A stretch of 64,000 bases of DNA from an uncultured Ignavibacteriales bacterium (GTDB taxonomy: Bacteria > Zixibacteria > MSB-5A5 > GN15 > FEB-12), in assembly GCA_964526835.1 (NCBI GenBank), contig CAZGMK010000002.1:147740-211739 (forward strand). The letters run 5' to 3'. The translations under genes were made by a program, and so were the position numbers. The notes below the pieces were generated by a model that saw only the letters and a program-made list of their open reading frames with translations, ran no database searches and had not been told where the DNA came from. This document shows, one piece after another, positions 49,827-59,008 of this stretch (the first letter of the stretch is position 1; each line of letters starts with the position of its first letter).

Positions 49827-49860
49827 ATTCGGTGCGTGGAGGAGGATCGAGACGATGGGG

Positions 49861-50433
49861 TCAGTTGTTGTCAAAGTTGCGGCCGTAACCGGGGCCACCG
49901 CCGAACTTATCACGATCGCCGCGGCGTTTGCCTTTGACACCGTCGCCGTCGCGCAGACCCTTGCGGCCGATTTCTTCCAGCTTATCGAGCTGCTGTTCGG
50001 TCAGCAGCGATTCAACCTGCTGGCGGTGACGGTAGCGGGTCTTCATGTTCTCAGCCTGCAGCCGAGTCATCTTGTCGATGGCGGCATTGACATCACTCTC
50101 CGTCGCCTTGTCGCGCCTCAACGATCTGAGTTCAATCTGCGCCTTCTGAACATCGGCGCGGCGGTCCACCATGTCCTTGCTGAACTGGGTCTGCAGGGCC
50201 TCAAGCCGGCTGACCTGATCATCGGTCAATTCCAGGTCGTCGGCCAGGCGCAGAATCAGGCGGGGACCGGGGCCGTCCTGTCCGGACGGACCACGCATGC
50301 AGGCACCACGTTGACCGGAATGACGAGGTCCATCGAAACTGCAATCCCCACGCCAGCCCATGCCCGGCCCGGCAAATGCCGTAACCGCGAACGTGAGGGC
50401 GGCGATAACGGTGATGATGGTGAACTTCTTCAT
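49861..50433 (-). CDS. Periplasmic Spy/CpxP-like LTXXQ-motif protein
   Basis: Signal peptide. LTDDQVSRLEAL and LTEQQLDKLEEI motifs in helical repeats. Confidence 0.65.
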   Translation of the reverse strand: MKKFTIITVIAALTFAVTAFAGPGMGWRGDCSFDGPRHSGQRGACMRGPSGQDGPGPRLILRLADDLELTDDQVSRLEALQTQFSKDMVDRRADVQKAQIELRSLRRDKATESDVNAAIDKMTRLQAENMKTRYRHRQQVESLLTEQQLDKLEEIGRKGLRDGDGVKGKRRGDRDKFGGGPGYGRNFDNN

Positions 50434-50454
50434 GGTATAGCCTCCTTTTGTTGG

Positions 50455-51069
50455 TTAATGCGGATCGTAGGTTCCTTGACTGGTCGAATTGTCGTTGTCC
50501 CGCATGCCCCGATCGAACCGTCTCTCCCGAAATGCCCGCAACTTCTTGAGCATCTCGGCTTCAAAGCGTTCATGGAATACCACCAGCTTGCCTCGCTGTT
50601 GCGGGGTCAGGATGTCCCTGGATTGCTCGATCAGTTCATTGAATCGTCGGAGCTGCTGTTGCTTCAATTCGTGGACCCGGTCGACCAAATGCTCGATTGT
50701 CGCGTCGTCAAGGGTGTCGGCGGCAAGACCGTCGGCGAGCTGCATCACCACCTCGCGGTTTCGGTCCTGCAAGTCCTGCATCTCCTTGCGAGTCCGGTGG
50801 AACATCGTCACGAAAACCTTTTCCTGCTCCTCGTTGAGGTCCAGCACCTCCAGCATCTTCAAGAGACGCAGTTGCTCCAGGTGGCGATGGTCCATCGACC
50901 TTGACCGCTCCGGCCCTCGGCCTGGACGGCGCCGGCTTCCATCGGGAGGGCCGCCCTGCGCCAGCCAGCAGGGTGGCTGCTGGTCGCGGCGAGTCTGTCC
51001 CTGTCCGTGTGAGAGCGACGCCGCGAACATCACGAGAACAAGGAGAGTGATTATAGTATGGCGCATCAA
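50455..51069 (-). CDS. Periplasmic Spy/CpxP-like LTXXQ-motif protein (second copy)
   Basis: Signal peptide. LNEEQEKVF and LTPQQRGKLVVF motifs. Confidence 0.6.
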   Translation of the reverse strand: MMRHTIITLLVLVMFAASLSHGQGQTRRDQQPPCWLAQGGPPDGSRRRPGRGPERSRSMDHRHLEQLRLLKMLEVLDLNEEQEKVFVTMFHRTRKEMQDLQDRNREVVMQLADGLAADTLDDATIEHLVDRVHELKQQQLRRFNELIEQSRDILTPQQRGKLVVFHERFEAEMLKKLRAFRERRFDRGMRDNDNSTSQGTYDPH

Positions 51070-51656
51070 AGTATATCCTTCACCGTAAGGTTCTTCGCCA
51101 GGTATTGGTACTCCTCATCGGAGAGGTCGTCCAGTATGCGGCGGGCGGTAGTTGTGGGTTCTGATGCCGTCAGCTCGTCAACCAACAGCGCTACGGTCTC
51201 TGCTTCCGGTTCGTACAATTCCGGTTCACTGAAGACATCACTCCACAACTCGGCCACAGAAGCCGATGAGCCGACCGTGGTTACATCGGGAGTCAGCGCA
51301 ATCCACCAGAGACCGGCCACAAGCAGAAGCACCGACACGACCGCAGCCCCCAGCGGTCGTGGCCGCAGCAATCCGCTAATCGTCTCGGTCAAGCGCCGCC
51401 CCAGCGGCCTTGAGACGCCAGCTCGGGATCGCACCGGCAGGCTCTGCATGACATCTGCGGACAGACGTTCCGATTCGCCAGGTGATGGGTAGAACTCCCA
51501 GTCCTCCGGCATCGCAGCGCGCAACTCCGACAGTTGATCCCGGCAAGCCCGGCACTCGGCGCAAGCCTGTATGTGGGCTTGCAGGTCGTCCGGAAGCTCC
51601 GAGCCGAACCACAGCGCCAACTCGTCCTGAAAGTCGCGGCAGTTCATTGATGCCAT
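51066..51656 (-). CDS. Zinc-finger (HxxxCxxC) anti-sigma factor, single TM
   Basis: CRDFQDELALW...HIQACAECRACRDQL, then TM segment AAVVSVLLLVAGLWWIAL. 4-nt and 13-nt overlaps with its neighbours. Confidence 0.75.
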   Translation of the reverse strand: MASMNCRDFQDELALWFGSELPDDLQAHIQACAECRACRDQLSELRAAMPEDWEFYPSPGESERLSADVMQSLPVRSRAGVSRPLGRRLTETISGLLRPRPLGAAVVSVLLLVAGLWWIALTPDVTTVGSSASVAELWSDVFSEPELYEPEAETVALLVDELTASEPTTTARRILDDLSDEEYQYLAKNLTVKDIL

Positions 51657-52210
51657 CCTTTATCGCGCGCCCATGTGCGCAACTTGATCACCGCTTGCCG
51701 GTAATGGGTCTTGACCGTCCCGAGGGCTTTGCCGGTGACTGCCGAGATTTCGTTGAAGGGCATCTGCTTGTAGAAACGAAGTTCGAAGACCGCCCGTTGT
51801 CCCTCGGGAAGCGAGTGCATAAAATCAAGTAAGCTCCGGCGCAGCTCCTTGCGGCTCAGGTCCAACTCGGGGTCGCTATCCGACTGATAACGGGACGAAT
51901 CAACTCCGTCGAGCGAATCGGCTCTCGCCACCGCCGGCGACTTGAGAAAGTTCAGAGTCAGATTAGTGGCGATTCGATAGAGCCATGAAGAGAATGAACT
52001 CTCGCCGCGAAATTGCCCCAATCGCTGCCAAGCGGTTATGAAAGCCTCCTGGGCCAGGTCCTGGGCGGTCTGTCGATCGCCGGTCATCCGATATGTCAGA
52101 GCAACAGTTTGGTCCATCAGTAGTCTCACCAGACGGCCGTAGGCATCGCGGTCTCCACCGGCGGCCAGCGCCGCCAAAGTCTCTGGGTTGTCGCTGGTGC
52201 CTTTGGCCAT
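51644..52210 (-). CDS. ECF-type RNA polymerase sigma factor
   Basis: Region 2 (DLAQEAFITAWQRLGQFRGESSFSSWLYRIATN) and region 4 HTH (FNEISAVTGKALGTVKTHYRQA). Confidence 0.9.
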   Translation of the reverse strand: MAKGTSDNPETLAALAAGGDRDAYGRLVRLLMDQTVALTYRMTGDRQTAQDLAQEAFITAWQRLGQFRGESSFSSWLYRIATNLTLNFLKSPAVARADSLDGVDSSRYQSDSDPELDLSRKELRRSLLDFMHSLPEGQRAVFELRFYKQMPFNEISAVTGKALGTVKTHYRQAVIKLRTWARDKGWHQ

Positions 52211-52279
52211 ATCCTTTCAGTTTCCGTGCTTATGACAGTCGGCCATACCCTGAGGATTAATCGGAGCAGCGGCAAAAGA

Positions 52280-52308
52280 CACAAAAAAAGCCGACCCGAA
52301 ACGGTCGG
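52280..52308 (-). terminator. Rho-independent terminator of mreB
   Basis: Minus strand GCCGACC-GUUUCG-GGUCGGC followed by UUUUUUUGUGUC. Confidence 0.75.
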
Positions 52309-52341
52309 CGCTGAGACTCCTTTATCCAAGTCGTTGCGGAT

Positions 52342-53370
52342 TCAGTCCTTTCGGCTTTTCTCCAATACCTTATGGAAATCGGCCAGGTTTTCCAGGACCG
52401 TGCCGCAGCCCCGCACCACGCAGGTCAGGGGATCATCGGCAACGTTTACGGGCAGATTGGTCTCCTGGCGCAAACGCTTGTCCAAACCCCGCAGCAGGGC
52501 TCCGCCTCCGGTGAGAATAATACCGCGCTCCAGAATATCAGAGGCCAGTTCCGGGGGGGTCCTTTCGAGAGCCTGGCGAACAGCCTCCACTATGATGTCG
52601 ATCGTCTCCGAGAGCGCCTCCCGAATCTGCACGGAGGAAAGCGCGAGATTCTTCGGGACGCCCGCCACCAGGTCACGGCCGCGGATGTCCATCGAGAGTT
52701 CTTTGTCCAGCGGGAAAGCCGAGCCTATTTTGATCTTGAGCAGCTCCGCGGTGAGCTCGCCGATGAGAAGATTGTAGTTCTTCTTCAGATACTGGATTAT
52801 CGCCTCGTTGAGCTCGTCGCCGGCCACGCGGATCGAAGTGTCGTGAACAATACCGTTCAGCGCGATGACGGCAATCTCGCTGGTGCCGCCGCCAATATCT
52901 ATGATCATACAACCCGAAGGTTCATGGACCGGAAGCCCGACGCCGATAGCGGCGGCCATAGGCTCGGCCAGCAAATAAACTTCTCGGGCCCCGGCGTTCT
53001 CGGCCGAATCGCGGACAGCACGCTTCTCGACCTCGGTGATTCCGGAGGGTACGGAAACGACAACCCGAGGCTTCATCAGATACCGATGGCGCACGACCCT
53101 GCGGATGAAGTCCGCAATGAGCTTCTCTGAGATGTCGAAGTCGGCTATGACACCGTCCTTCAGGGGCCGGATGGCCTGAATACCGCCAGGCGTCCGACCC
53201 ATCATTTCCTTGGCCGCAGCGCCGATAGCCAGCACCTTGCCTGTAGCCTGCTCGACGGCCACAACCGAAGGTTCGTTGAGCACGATCCCCTGGTTGCGCA
53301 CATAAACAAGGGTGTTGGCGGTCCCCAAGTCGATTCCGATATCATTAGACAAGGTGTCGAATAGTCCCAA
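52342..53370 (-). CDS. mreB: Rod shape-determining protein MreB
   Basis: [24 protein letters not shown] and actin-fold motifs. Confidence 0.95.
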   Translation of the reverse strand: MGLFDTLSNDIGIDLGTANTLVYVRNQGIVLNEPSVVAVEQATGKVLAIGAAAKEMMGRTPGGIQAIRPLKDGVIADFDISEKLIADFIRRVVRHRYLMKPRVVVSVPSGITEVEKRAVRDSAENAGAREVYLLAEPMAAAIGVGLPVHEPSGCMIIDIGGGTSEIAVIALNGIVHDTSIRVAGDELNEAIIQYLKKNYNLLIGELTAELLKIKIGSAFPLDKELSMDIRGRDLVAGVPKNLALSSVQIREALSETIDIIVEAVRQALERTPPELASDILERGIILTGGGALLRGLDKRLRQETNLPVNVADDPLTCVVRGCGTVLENLADFHKVLEKSRKD

Positions 53371-53570
53371 GCTAAGTCCCTTTAACTGCGGTCCTCAAAC
53401 CACGATGGTCGGCGGACAATCATGTGCAGTGCAATCAGTCCCGCTCGACCCAATATCTATTACTATATCGAATCGGCTGGCCACAAGTTTACCCCCGCCC
53501 GGCAATCAGCGCAATCTAAAAACGGTCAGATATCCGGTTTTTGTCAGTCCGCCGGATGACACGCCAGAGG

Positions 53571-54293
53571 TCATCGCCAACTCATGCGGTAAACTCGCTG
53601 GCCGCGCCCTGGAGTGGCTCCGGGGCCCTTGATCCTGACGATGATCCGCATTACCACGTATCCGAAGACGAATCCGCCCACGTGAGCCATCCACGCAACA
53701 CCCCCCCCGCCGCTGCCCAGGGCAGTGAATGACATCAGGAGCTGGTAGATAAACCATATTCCGAGAAGCAGCTTGGCTGGAATCTGAATGAAGGTGAAGA
53801 AGAAGAAGAAGACCAGCGTCGTGATTCGGGCGTGCGGGTGCAATACCATGTACGCGCCCATTACGCCGGCTATAGCCCCCGATGCGCCGACAAGCGGCAC
53901 CTGGGAGTTAGAGTCAAACAAGGTATAGAGAGTGATTGCGGCAAGCCCGGATACGACATAGAAGAAGAGGAATTTGACCGACCCGAGGTAGTCCTCGATG
54001 TTGTTGCCGTAAATCCACAGGAAGAGCATGTTTCCGATCAGGTGCATCCAGCCCCCGTGCATGAACATCGAGGTGAACGGGGTCAGCCAGTGCGAAGCCG
54101 GAATCTCCGGAGTGAGTTCGACTGAATGTATAAATTCATAGGGAATGAATCCATACTGAATTGTGAAGAGCTGGAAGCCGCGCTGTCCAAGCATGATGGT
54201 GAACAGAAAGATCAGCGAGTTGATGACGATCAGCGCCACAGTGAGGTGGGGCTTGCCAATTGTCGGTACATCATCTCTTATTGGAAAGAACAC
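53571..54293 (-). CDS. Rhomboid family intramembrane serine protease (second copy)
   Basis: FMHGGWMHLIGNMLFLWIYG, GASGAIAGVMG and AHVGGFVFG motifs. Confidence 0.85.
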   Translation of the reverse strand: MFFPIRDDVPTIGKPHLTVALIVINSLIFLFTIMLGQRGFQLFTIQYGFIPYEFIHSVELTPEIPASHWLTPFTSMFMHGGWMHLIGNMLFLWIYGNNIEDYLGSVKFLFFYVVSGLAAITLYTLFDSNSQVPLVGASGAIAGVMGAYMVLHPHARITTLVFFFFFTFIQIPAKLLLGIWFIYQLLMSFTALGSGGGGVAWMAHVGGFVFGYVVMRIIVRIKGPGATPGRGQRVYRMSWR

Positions 54294-54316
54294 TATTGTC
54301 TCCTGCCGTGGCCTTG

Positions 54317-56602
54317 CTACCTCTTCTTAGTGGAACTCACGGTAAACTGCAGATACTGCTCAGTCTTCTTGCCTGCTCGATCGGTGACTTCAATGGCCAG
54401 GTGGTGACGTCCTTCGTCAAGGGGTTCAAGCGGTCGCGTGCGGACCATTCCCGTTTCAGGATCATACTCGGGAATGAGCCACTCGCCGTCCAGCTTGATG
54501 AGAATGTTCCGATCGTCGCCGATTCCTGACAGCGCGTCCTCTATAACAAAGGACACCAACGGTGTTCGATCGGTCAATACCTGGTCATGAAAGATGGAGA
54601 GACGCCTTATCTGCGGGGCCTCGTGATCGAAGACCAGAGCAAATGAACCGCCGCCGTTTGACCTGGCCCGCAGGAACCCATCCTCTTCTCGCTGATGGTC
54701 CAGCCAGACCCAGCGATCCTTCTCCTCATCCAGCCAGCAGACGCCGTCGGACCAGGCCTTGGTCATTCTCGCGATCGGCCTCATAAGAAGGTCAAAGCCG
54801 CGACGAGTAGGAAAAGCCTTAGGCAGTATCTGATAGTGATTCGAATTGAGTCCAAGGGCAATGCGATTGGGCGTGGTGGACCTGATCTCGATGAAGCGGG
54901 GCGCCGGGAAATCGTCGGCCCTCAATTCCAAGGAGAAGTACTCGTCGTAGTCGATCCGTTGATGCTTCCTCTGGCCGACCAGGCGAATATGCAGTGTATC
55001 GCTCAGCACGTAAACCTCGGCCGTGGTGTCTCTGGTCATTGTCACACCAATACGATCTATGCGCTCATGACGCGATTGCGGCGGGATGAAGCAGGCATGA
55101 CGAGTCATATCAAGGTATTGCAGCGGTTCAATCCCGAGCAGAGTATCGCGATAGTACAGTCTCGCCTGCCCGAGAGCGCCGTTGATCACCCGGGCCTCGA
55201 CATGTATTAGCAGGCCATCTTCAAGCACTTCATGGTGGATGTCGCAACGATCAGGCGCACTCTCTCGCAGTCCATTGAAGATATTGTCGCGAATGACGCC
55301 GTTACCGCTGAAGAGGAACAGGCGCAGGACTGCGCGATCCACTCCGGCCCCGACGGCGCGGACCTTCAGGCGACCGCCATCCAGCCTGGTCAGAGTGACC
55401 GTCGGCGGCTGCCCCCACATCTGGCTTCGGTTTCGCAGGACCAGAATCGAATCGACGTCCAGCTTCTCCCAACCGGCAGCGCCGGTGAAAAAGAACTCAG
55501 TTGTGTCGCGGCCGATCTTGATCGTGGAATCCAGCGTGAAGATGTCTCCCGGAGGGCCCCACAGGAACGGGATCACGGCCACGCTCTCGTTGCCCCAGAC
55601 ATCGCGCGCCACCAGCCGCGCCTCATGACGCCCGATCGGCAGAGACAGGTCACGCCCGAGATGACCGGTCGGACCGAGACGCCCGCCGCTGCCGGAGAAC
55701 GTGTTGCCCTGGATTTTGAATAAGCGCCGGACCCGTTTGCGGCCTTCGGATGCTTCGGTTAGGTCGTATTCCAGCCGCACCAGATGGCCGTTGGCGTAGT
55801 CGACCGTATCCATACGTGATTCATAGAACAGCTTGTCGTCTATGAACACGCTTATCTGATAGATGCCCTGTTTCATGCCATCGGTTCGCATTCGGTCATA
55901 TCCCTCCAGGAGGAGTCCTAGCGGGCGATGCAGATAGAGCAGCGTGTCCGGGGCGTAGACGCCGGCGCCAGTCGATCTGAGGTCGAAGAAGGCCTTGCGA
56001 CGGCCATCGTCAAACAGAGAGTGCTCATCGACCAACTGGATACCGAATCGAGTCAGCGTCGGTCTGACCCTGTCGTCAACGCTGTAACCCTGGGTGAGGG
56101 GATTGACCGGAAGATGCTCGGGACCGACCCGCTTCTCGAAGTGCAGGTGGGGACCACCGGAGCCGCTCTGGCCGGTGTAGGCCAGCAGTTGCCCTTTGCG
56201 GTACCGCAGTTCGTCCGGGCTGAACCTGAGGTCCTGATAGTACCGTCTGGCTGCGGCCTGGGCCTCCTTGAGGCGTTGATCGATAGGCCCGTCATACCGG
56301 CTCAGGTGCCCGAAAACATACAGATTATCCTCGTTGTCCATGTAATACAGGGCCTTACCATAGCCGAAGTAGGATGTCTTTACTCGCCAGACATAGCCGT
56401 CAGCCGGCGCCGTTACTCTGACTCCGATACGCCCGCCGGTACGCAGATCGACACCGGCATGGAAGTGCCCGTCGCGGAAATCCCCGAATCCGCTGGAGAG
56501 GTCAACAGAGCGATCGAGCGGCCACTCGGCCGCGTAAGCAGGAGAGCCTAACAATCCTGTCAGGACAACCGATAAGATGAAAACTGAGATAGACTTAAGC
56601 AT
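54317..56602 (-). CDS. Large M23-family metallopeptidase
   Basis: Signal peptide. HFHAGVDL (HxxxD) and GGPHLHFE (HxH) motifs near the N-terminus. About 550 aa of unassigned beta-rich sequence follows. Confidence 0.75.
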   Translation of the reverse strand: MLKSISVFILSVVLTGLLGSPAYAAEWPLDRSVDLSSGFGDFRDGHFHAGVDLRTGGRIGVRVTAPADGYVWRVKTSYFGYGKALYYMDNEDNLYVFGHLSRYDGPIDQRLKEAQAAARRYYQDLRFSPDELRYRKGQLLAYTGQSGSGGPHLHFEKRVGPEHLPVNPLTQGYSVDDRVRPTLTRFGIQLVDEHSLFDDGRRKAFFDLRSTGAGVYAPDTLLYLHRPLGLLLEGYDRMRTDGMKQGIYQISVFIDDKLFYESRMDTVDYANGHLVRLEYDLTEASEGRKRVRRLFKIQGNTFSGSGGRLGPTGHLGRDLSLPIGRHEARLVARDVWGNESVAVIPFLWGPPGDIFTLDSTIKIGRDTTEFFFTGAAGWEKLDVDSILVLRNRSQMWGQPPTVTLTRLDGGRLKVRAVGAGVDRAVLRLFLFSGNGVIRDNIFNGLRESAPDRCDIHHEVLEDGLLIHVEARVINGALGQARLYYRDTLLGIEPLQYLDMTRHACFIPPQSRHERIDRIGVTMTRDTTAEVYVLSDTLHIRLVGQRKHQRIDYDEYFSLELRADDFPAPRFIEIRSTTPNRIALGLNSNHYQILPKAFPTRRGFDLLMRPIARMTKAWSDGVCWLDEEKDRWVWLDHQREEDGFLRARSNGGGSFALVFDHEAPQIRRLSIFHDQVLTDRTPLVSFVIEDALSGIGDDRNILIKLDGEWLIPEYDPETGMVRTRPLEPLDEGRHHLAIEVTDRAGKKTEQYLQFTVSSTKKR

Positions 56603-56807
56603 AAAACCCGGAAAACAGCATTTCGTGTTGTGCCTGGTGGCTACTTGTTACTTGTTGTTTGTACAAAAAACGTCGACCTTATGCAATTATTATCGGTCGC
56701 GGCTATTGCAATGAGCTGCTTCGGGATTATATTCATGGGCTGACTCGGTCGCTAGGGCCGAAAATGGAAGCGAATTATCGGGAATCACATATTTGGAGTG
56801 AGAATGC

Positions 56808-58661
56808 ATGTTTGAAGCGCTTCGCAGGATGATCTTTCCTATCATCATTATTGTGCTGGTCTTCTTCGTCGCTATGATCGTTCTGGAATGGGGCCTCGGA
56901 ATGTCCTCACGTCAGGCTTTCGATCAGGCCAATGTGGCCGCGGTCATCAACGGTGAAGAAGTCCCCTGGCAGGATTTCAATCGCATTTACAATGATCTGG
57001 TACAGAGCGCACGGGCCGAGCTGGACGACGAAGAAGACCTGCCGGAGGCCAGAATCGAGCAATTGCGGGACCAAGCCTGGCAGCAGTTGCTGGCGGATCG
57101 TCTGCTTACTCAGAAGGCAAGGGAGAACAACATCTCCGTCACCGAGGAGGAAGTGTATGCTTTCCTTAAGATGTCTCCCCCACAGGGGCTGCGGTCGCTG
57201 CCATACTTTCAGACAGACGGCCAGTTCGACTACCAGAAGTATCTCAATTCGATGGCCGATCCCCGCATGGCCGGCTACTGGGCCAGCCTGGAACCGATCA
57301 TCAAGTCGGACATGCGCAAGTTGAAGATGCAGCAACTGGTCGTCCAGGCCGCTACCGTCACTGAACAGGAAGTGCGCCAGATGTGGGTACGGAGCAATGA
57401 ACGGGTCAAGGTCGGAATGATAAATGTCGACTTCGCCCGTTTCTCTCAGCCACCGCCGCGTCCCACTGAAGAGGAGATCGAGGCGTACTATGAAGAGAAC
57501 CACGAGAACTACTCGCACCCACCGAGGGCGTCGCTGAACGTTGTTATGCTGGAGAAGAAGCCTGGGCGCTACGACTGGGAGCGTGCTCACAACCGCGCGA
57601 AGGAGATCTACGATTCCATTCAGGCCGGCGCCGACTTCAAGGCCCTGGCCTACGACCTGTCTGAGGACCCGGGCTCGGCCCGTGACAGCGGCAGTCTCGG
57701 CTGGTTCGATCGAGGTCGCATGGTCGAGGAGTTCGACCGTATGGCTTTCAACCTTGAAGAGGGTGAAGTCTCCGAGCCGGTCCGCACGCAATTCGGCTGG
57801 CATATCATCAAACAGGAGGGTTTCCGGGATACCACCAAAACTGTCAGTGGCGAGAAGCAGACTGTCCGGCAGGCACGGGCTTCACACATCCTGATCAAGG
57901 CGGAGCCTTCGCGTGAGACTCTCGACGGTTACTACCAGACCCTGGCCCAGTTCGAAACGCTGGCGAAGGAGTTGGGCTTCTTCCCGGCGGCCGAGGAGAT
58001 GACGCTGCCGGCCACGCCCACCGGCTATTTCGCTCGCGGCGATAATATTCCAAAGGTCGGCCGCAACAGGGAGTTGAGCGACTTCGCCTTCGAGAATGAC
58101 ATCCATACGATCTCCTCAGTTCTGGAGAACCAGGCGGCATTCTTCGTCGTCGAGGTGGCCCAGAAGCAACCAGAAGGTATTCTGGAGTTCGAGGAGGTAC
58201 GTGAACAGGTGCGTATGGATCTGGTGCATGATCTGGTCGCTCAGCAATGCCGCGACACCGCCAACGCCATCTGGGCCGACATTCAAGCCGGCGTCGATCC
58301 ACGGCAGGCCGCCGAGAATCACGGCGACGAATACGAAACGCCGGAGAATGAATGGGGCCGGGACTCCTACATTCGCGGGATCGGGCGGTCGCCGAAGGTC
58401 ATCGGCGCGGCTTTCAGCATGAAGGATGTTGGCGAGTTGACGCCGCCTGTCGAATACGAGCAGGGCGTTGTGATCCTCCAGTTGCGCGAGCGCAAGCAAC
58501 CGGACCTGGCCGACTACACCGCCAAGCGCGATTCCCTTCAGCAGGTGTTGCTGAACAACAAGCAACAGACGGCCTTCTCCAACTGGTTCGAATACGTGAT
58601 CGACAACTCGGAAATCGTGAATAACACCGAGCGCCTGGCGACAGAGTCGGACTACTATTGA
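56808..58661 (+). CDS. ppiD: PpiD-like periplasmic chaperone / parvulin-type peptidyl-prolyl isomerase
   Basis: N-terminal TM anchor, SurA-N-like region, parvulin core GSLGWFDRGRMVEEFD...FGWHIIK. Confidence 0.8.
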   Translation: MFEALRRMIFPIIIIVLVFFVAMIVLEWGLGMSSRQAFDQANVAAVINGEEVPWQDFNRIYNDLVQSARAELDDEEDLPEARIEQLRDQAWQQLLADRLLTQKARENNISVTEEEVYAFLKMSPPQGLRSLPYFQTDGQFDYQKYLNSMADPRMAGYWASLEPIIKSDMRKLKMQQLVVQAATVTEQEVRQMWVRSNERVKVGMINVDFARFSQPPPRPTEEEIEAYYEENHENYSHPPRASLNVVMLEKKPGRYDWERAHNRAKEIYDSIQAGADFKALAYDLSEDPGSARDSGSLGWFDRGRMVEEFDRMAFNLEEGEVSEPVRTQFGWHIIKQEGFRDTTKTVSGEKQTVRQARASHILIKAEPSRETLDGYYQTLAQFETLAKELGFFPAAEEMTLPATPTGYFARGDNIPKVGRNRELSDFAFENDIHTISSVLENQAAFFVVEVAQKQPEGILEFEEVREQVRMDLVHDLVAQQCRDTANAIWADIQAGVDPRQAAENHGDEYETPENEWGRDSYIRGIGRSPKVIGAAFSMKDVGELTPPVEYEQGVVILQLRERKQPDLADYTAKRDSLQQVLLNNKQQTAFSNWFEYVIDNSEIVNNTERLATESDYY

Positions 58662-58683
58662 TCCCCGACTCCCGGCCGGCAAT

Positions 58684-58944
58684 TCATAAGGGTCTCCCCT
58701 GACGGGAGGCCCTTCTTCTTATTCCTGAGATCAGCCTTGCGAGTGCGGCGGCGGCCCATGCAGCCTCCAGAACCACAAACGGTATGGAGCCGGTCCGCCA
58801 CGCATAGAACGCGGCGAGCCCCGCTCCGAACAGGTTCAACAGCAGGTACAGGGCGCCTTGCTCATCCAGCCGGCGCAGGATATTACCGGCGAAGGCAATT
58901 AATAGCAGAGTCACTCCAGCAACTCCGATCAATTCCGGGTTCAT
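58684..58944 (-). CDS. Small three-TM membrane protein (86 aa)
   Basis: MNPELIGVAGVTLLLIAFAGNIL...LLLNLFGAGLAAFYAW...FVVLEAAWAAAAL. I shorten ORF 58684..59106 to ATG 58944 so it does not overlap the upstream ETF-QO gene. Confidence 0.5.
   Translation of the reverse strand: MNPELIGVAGVTLLLIAFAGNILRRLDEQGALYLLLNLFGAGLAAFYAWRTGSIPFVVLEAAWAAAALARLISGIRRRASRQGRPL
58690..58724 (+). terminator. Rho-independent terminator of ppiD
   Basis: GGGUCUCCC-CUGAC-GGGAGGCCC (one G-U pair) followed by UUCUUCUUAUUCC. Confidence 0.65.
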
Positions 58945-59008
58945 AGATGCCCCCTGAAGAAGCGGCCGACCCCGGTGAGGTCGGCCGCTGGAAGTCTGAA
59001 CAGGTTCG

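Noticed and set aside
49855-50904. Plus-strand ORF of 349 aa, and ORF 50489..51088.
   Set aside because: They are antisense to the two LTXXQ-motif genes, which have signal peptides and repeated motifs. The plus-strand translations have no recognisable features.
53750-53830. GAA/GAAG-rich simple repeat (gaaggtgaagaagaagaagaagacc).
   Set aside because: It encodes the FFFFF/TLVFFFFFTFI transmembrane stretch of the second rhomboid on the minus strand. This is a coding composition effect, not a regulatory repeat.
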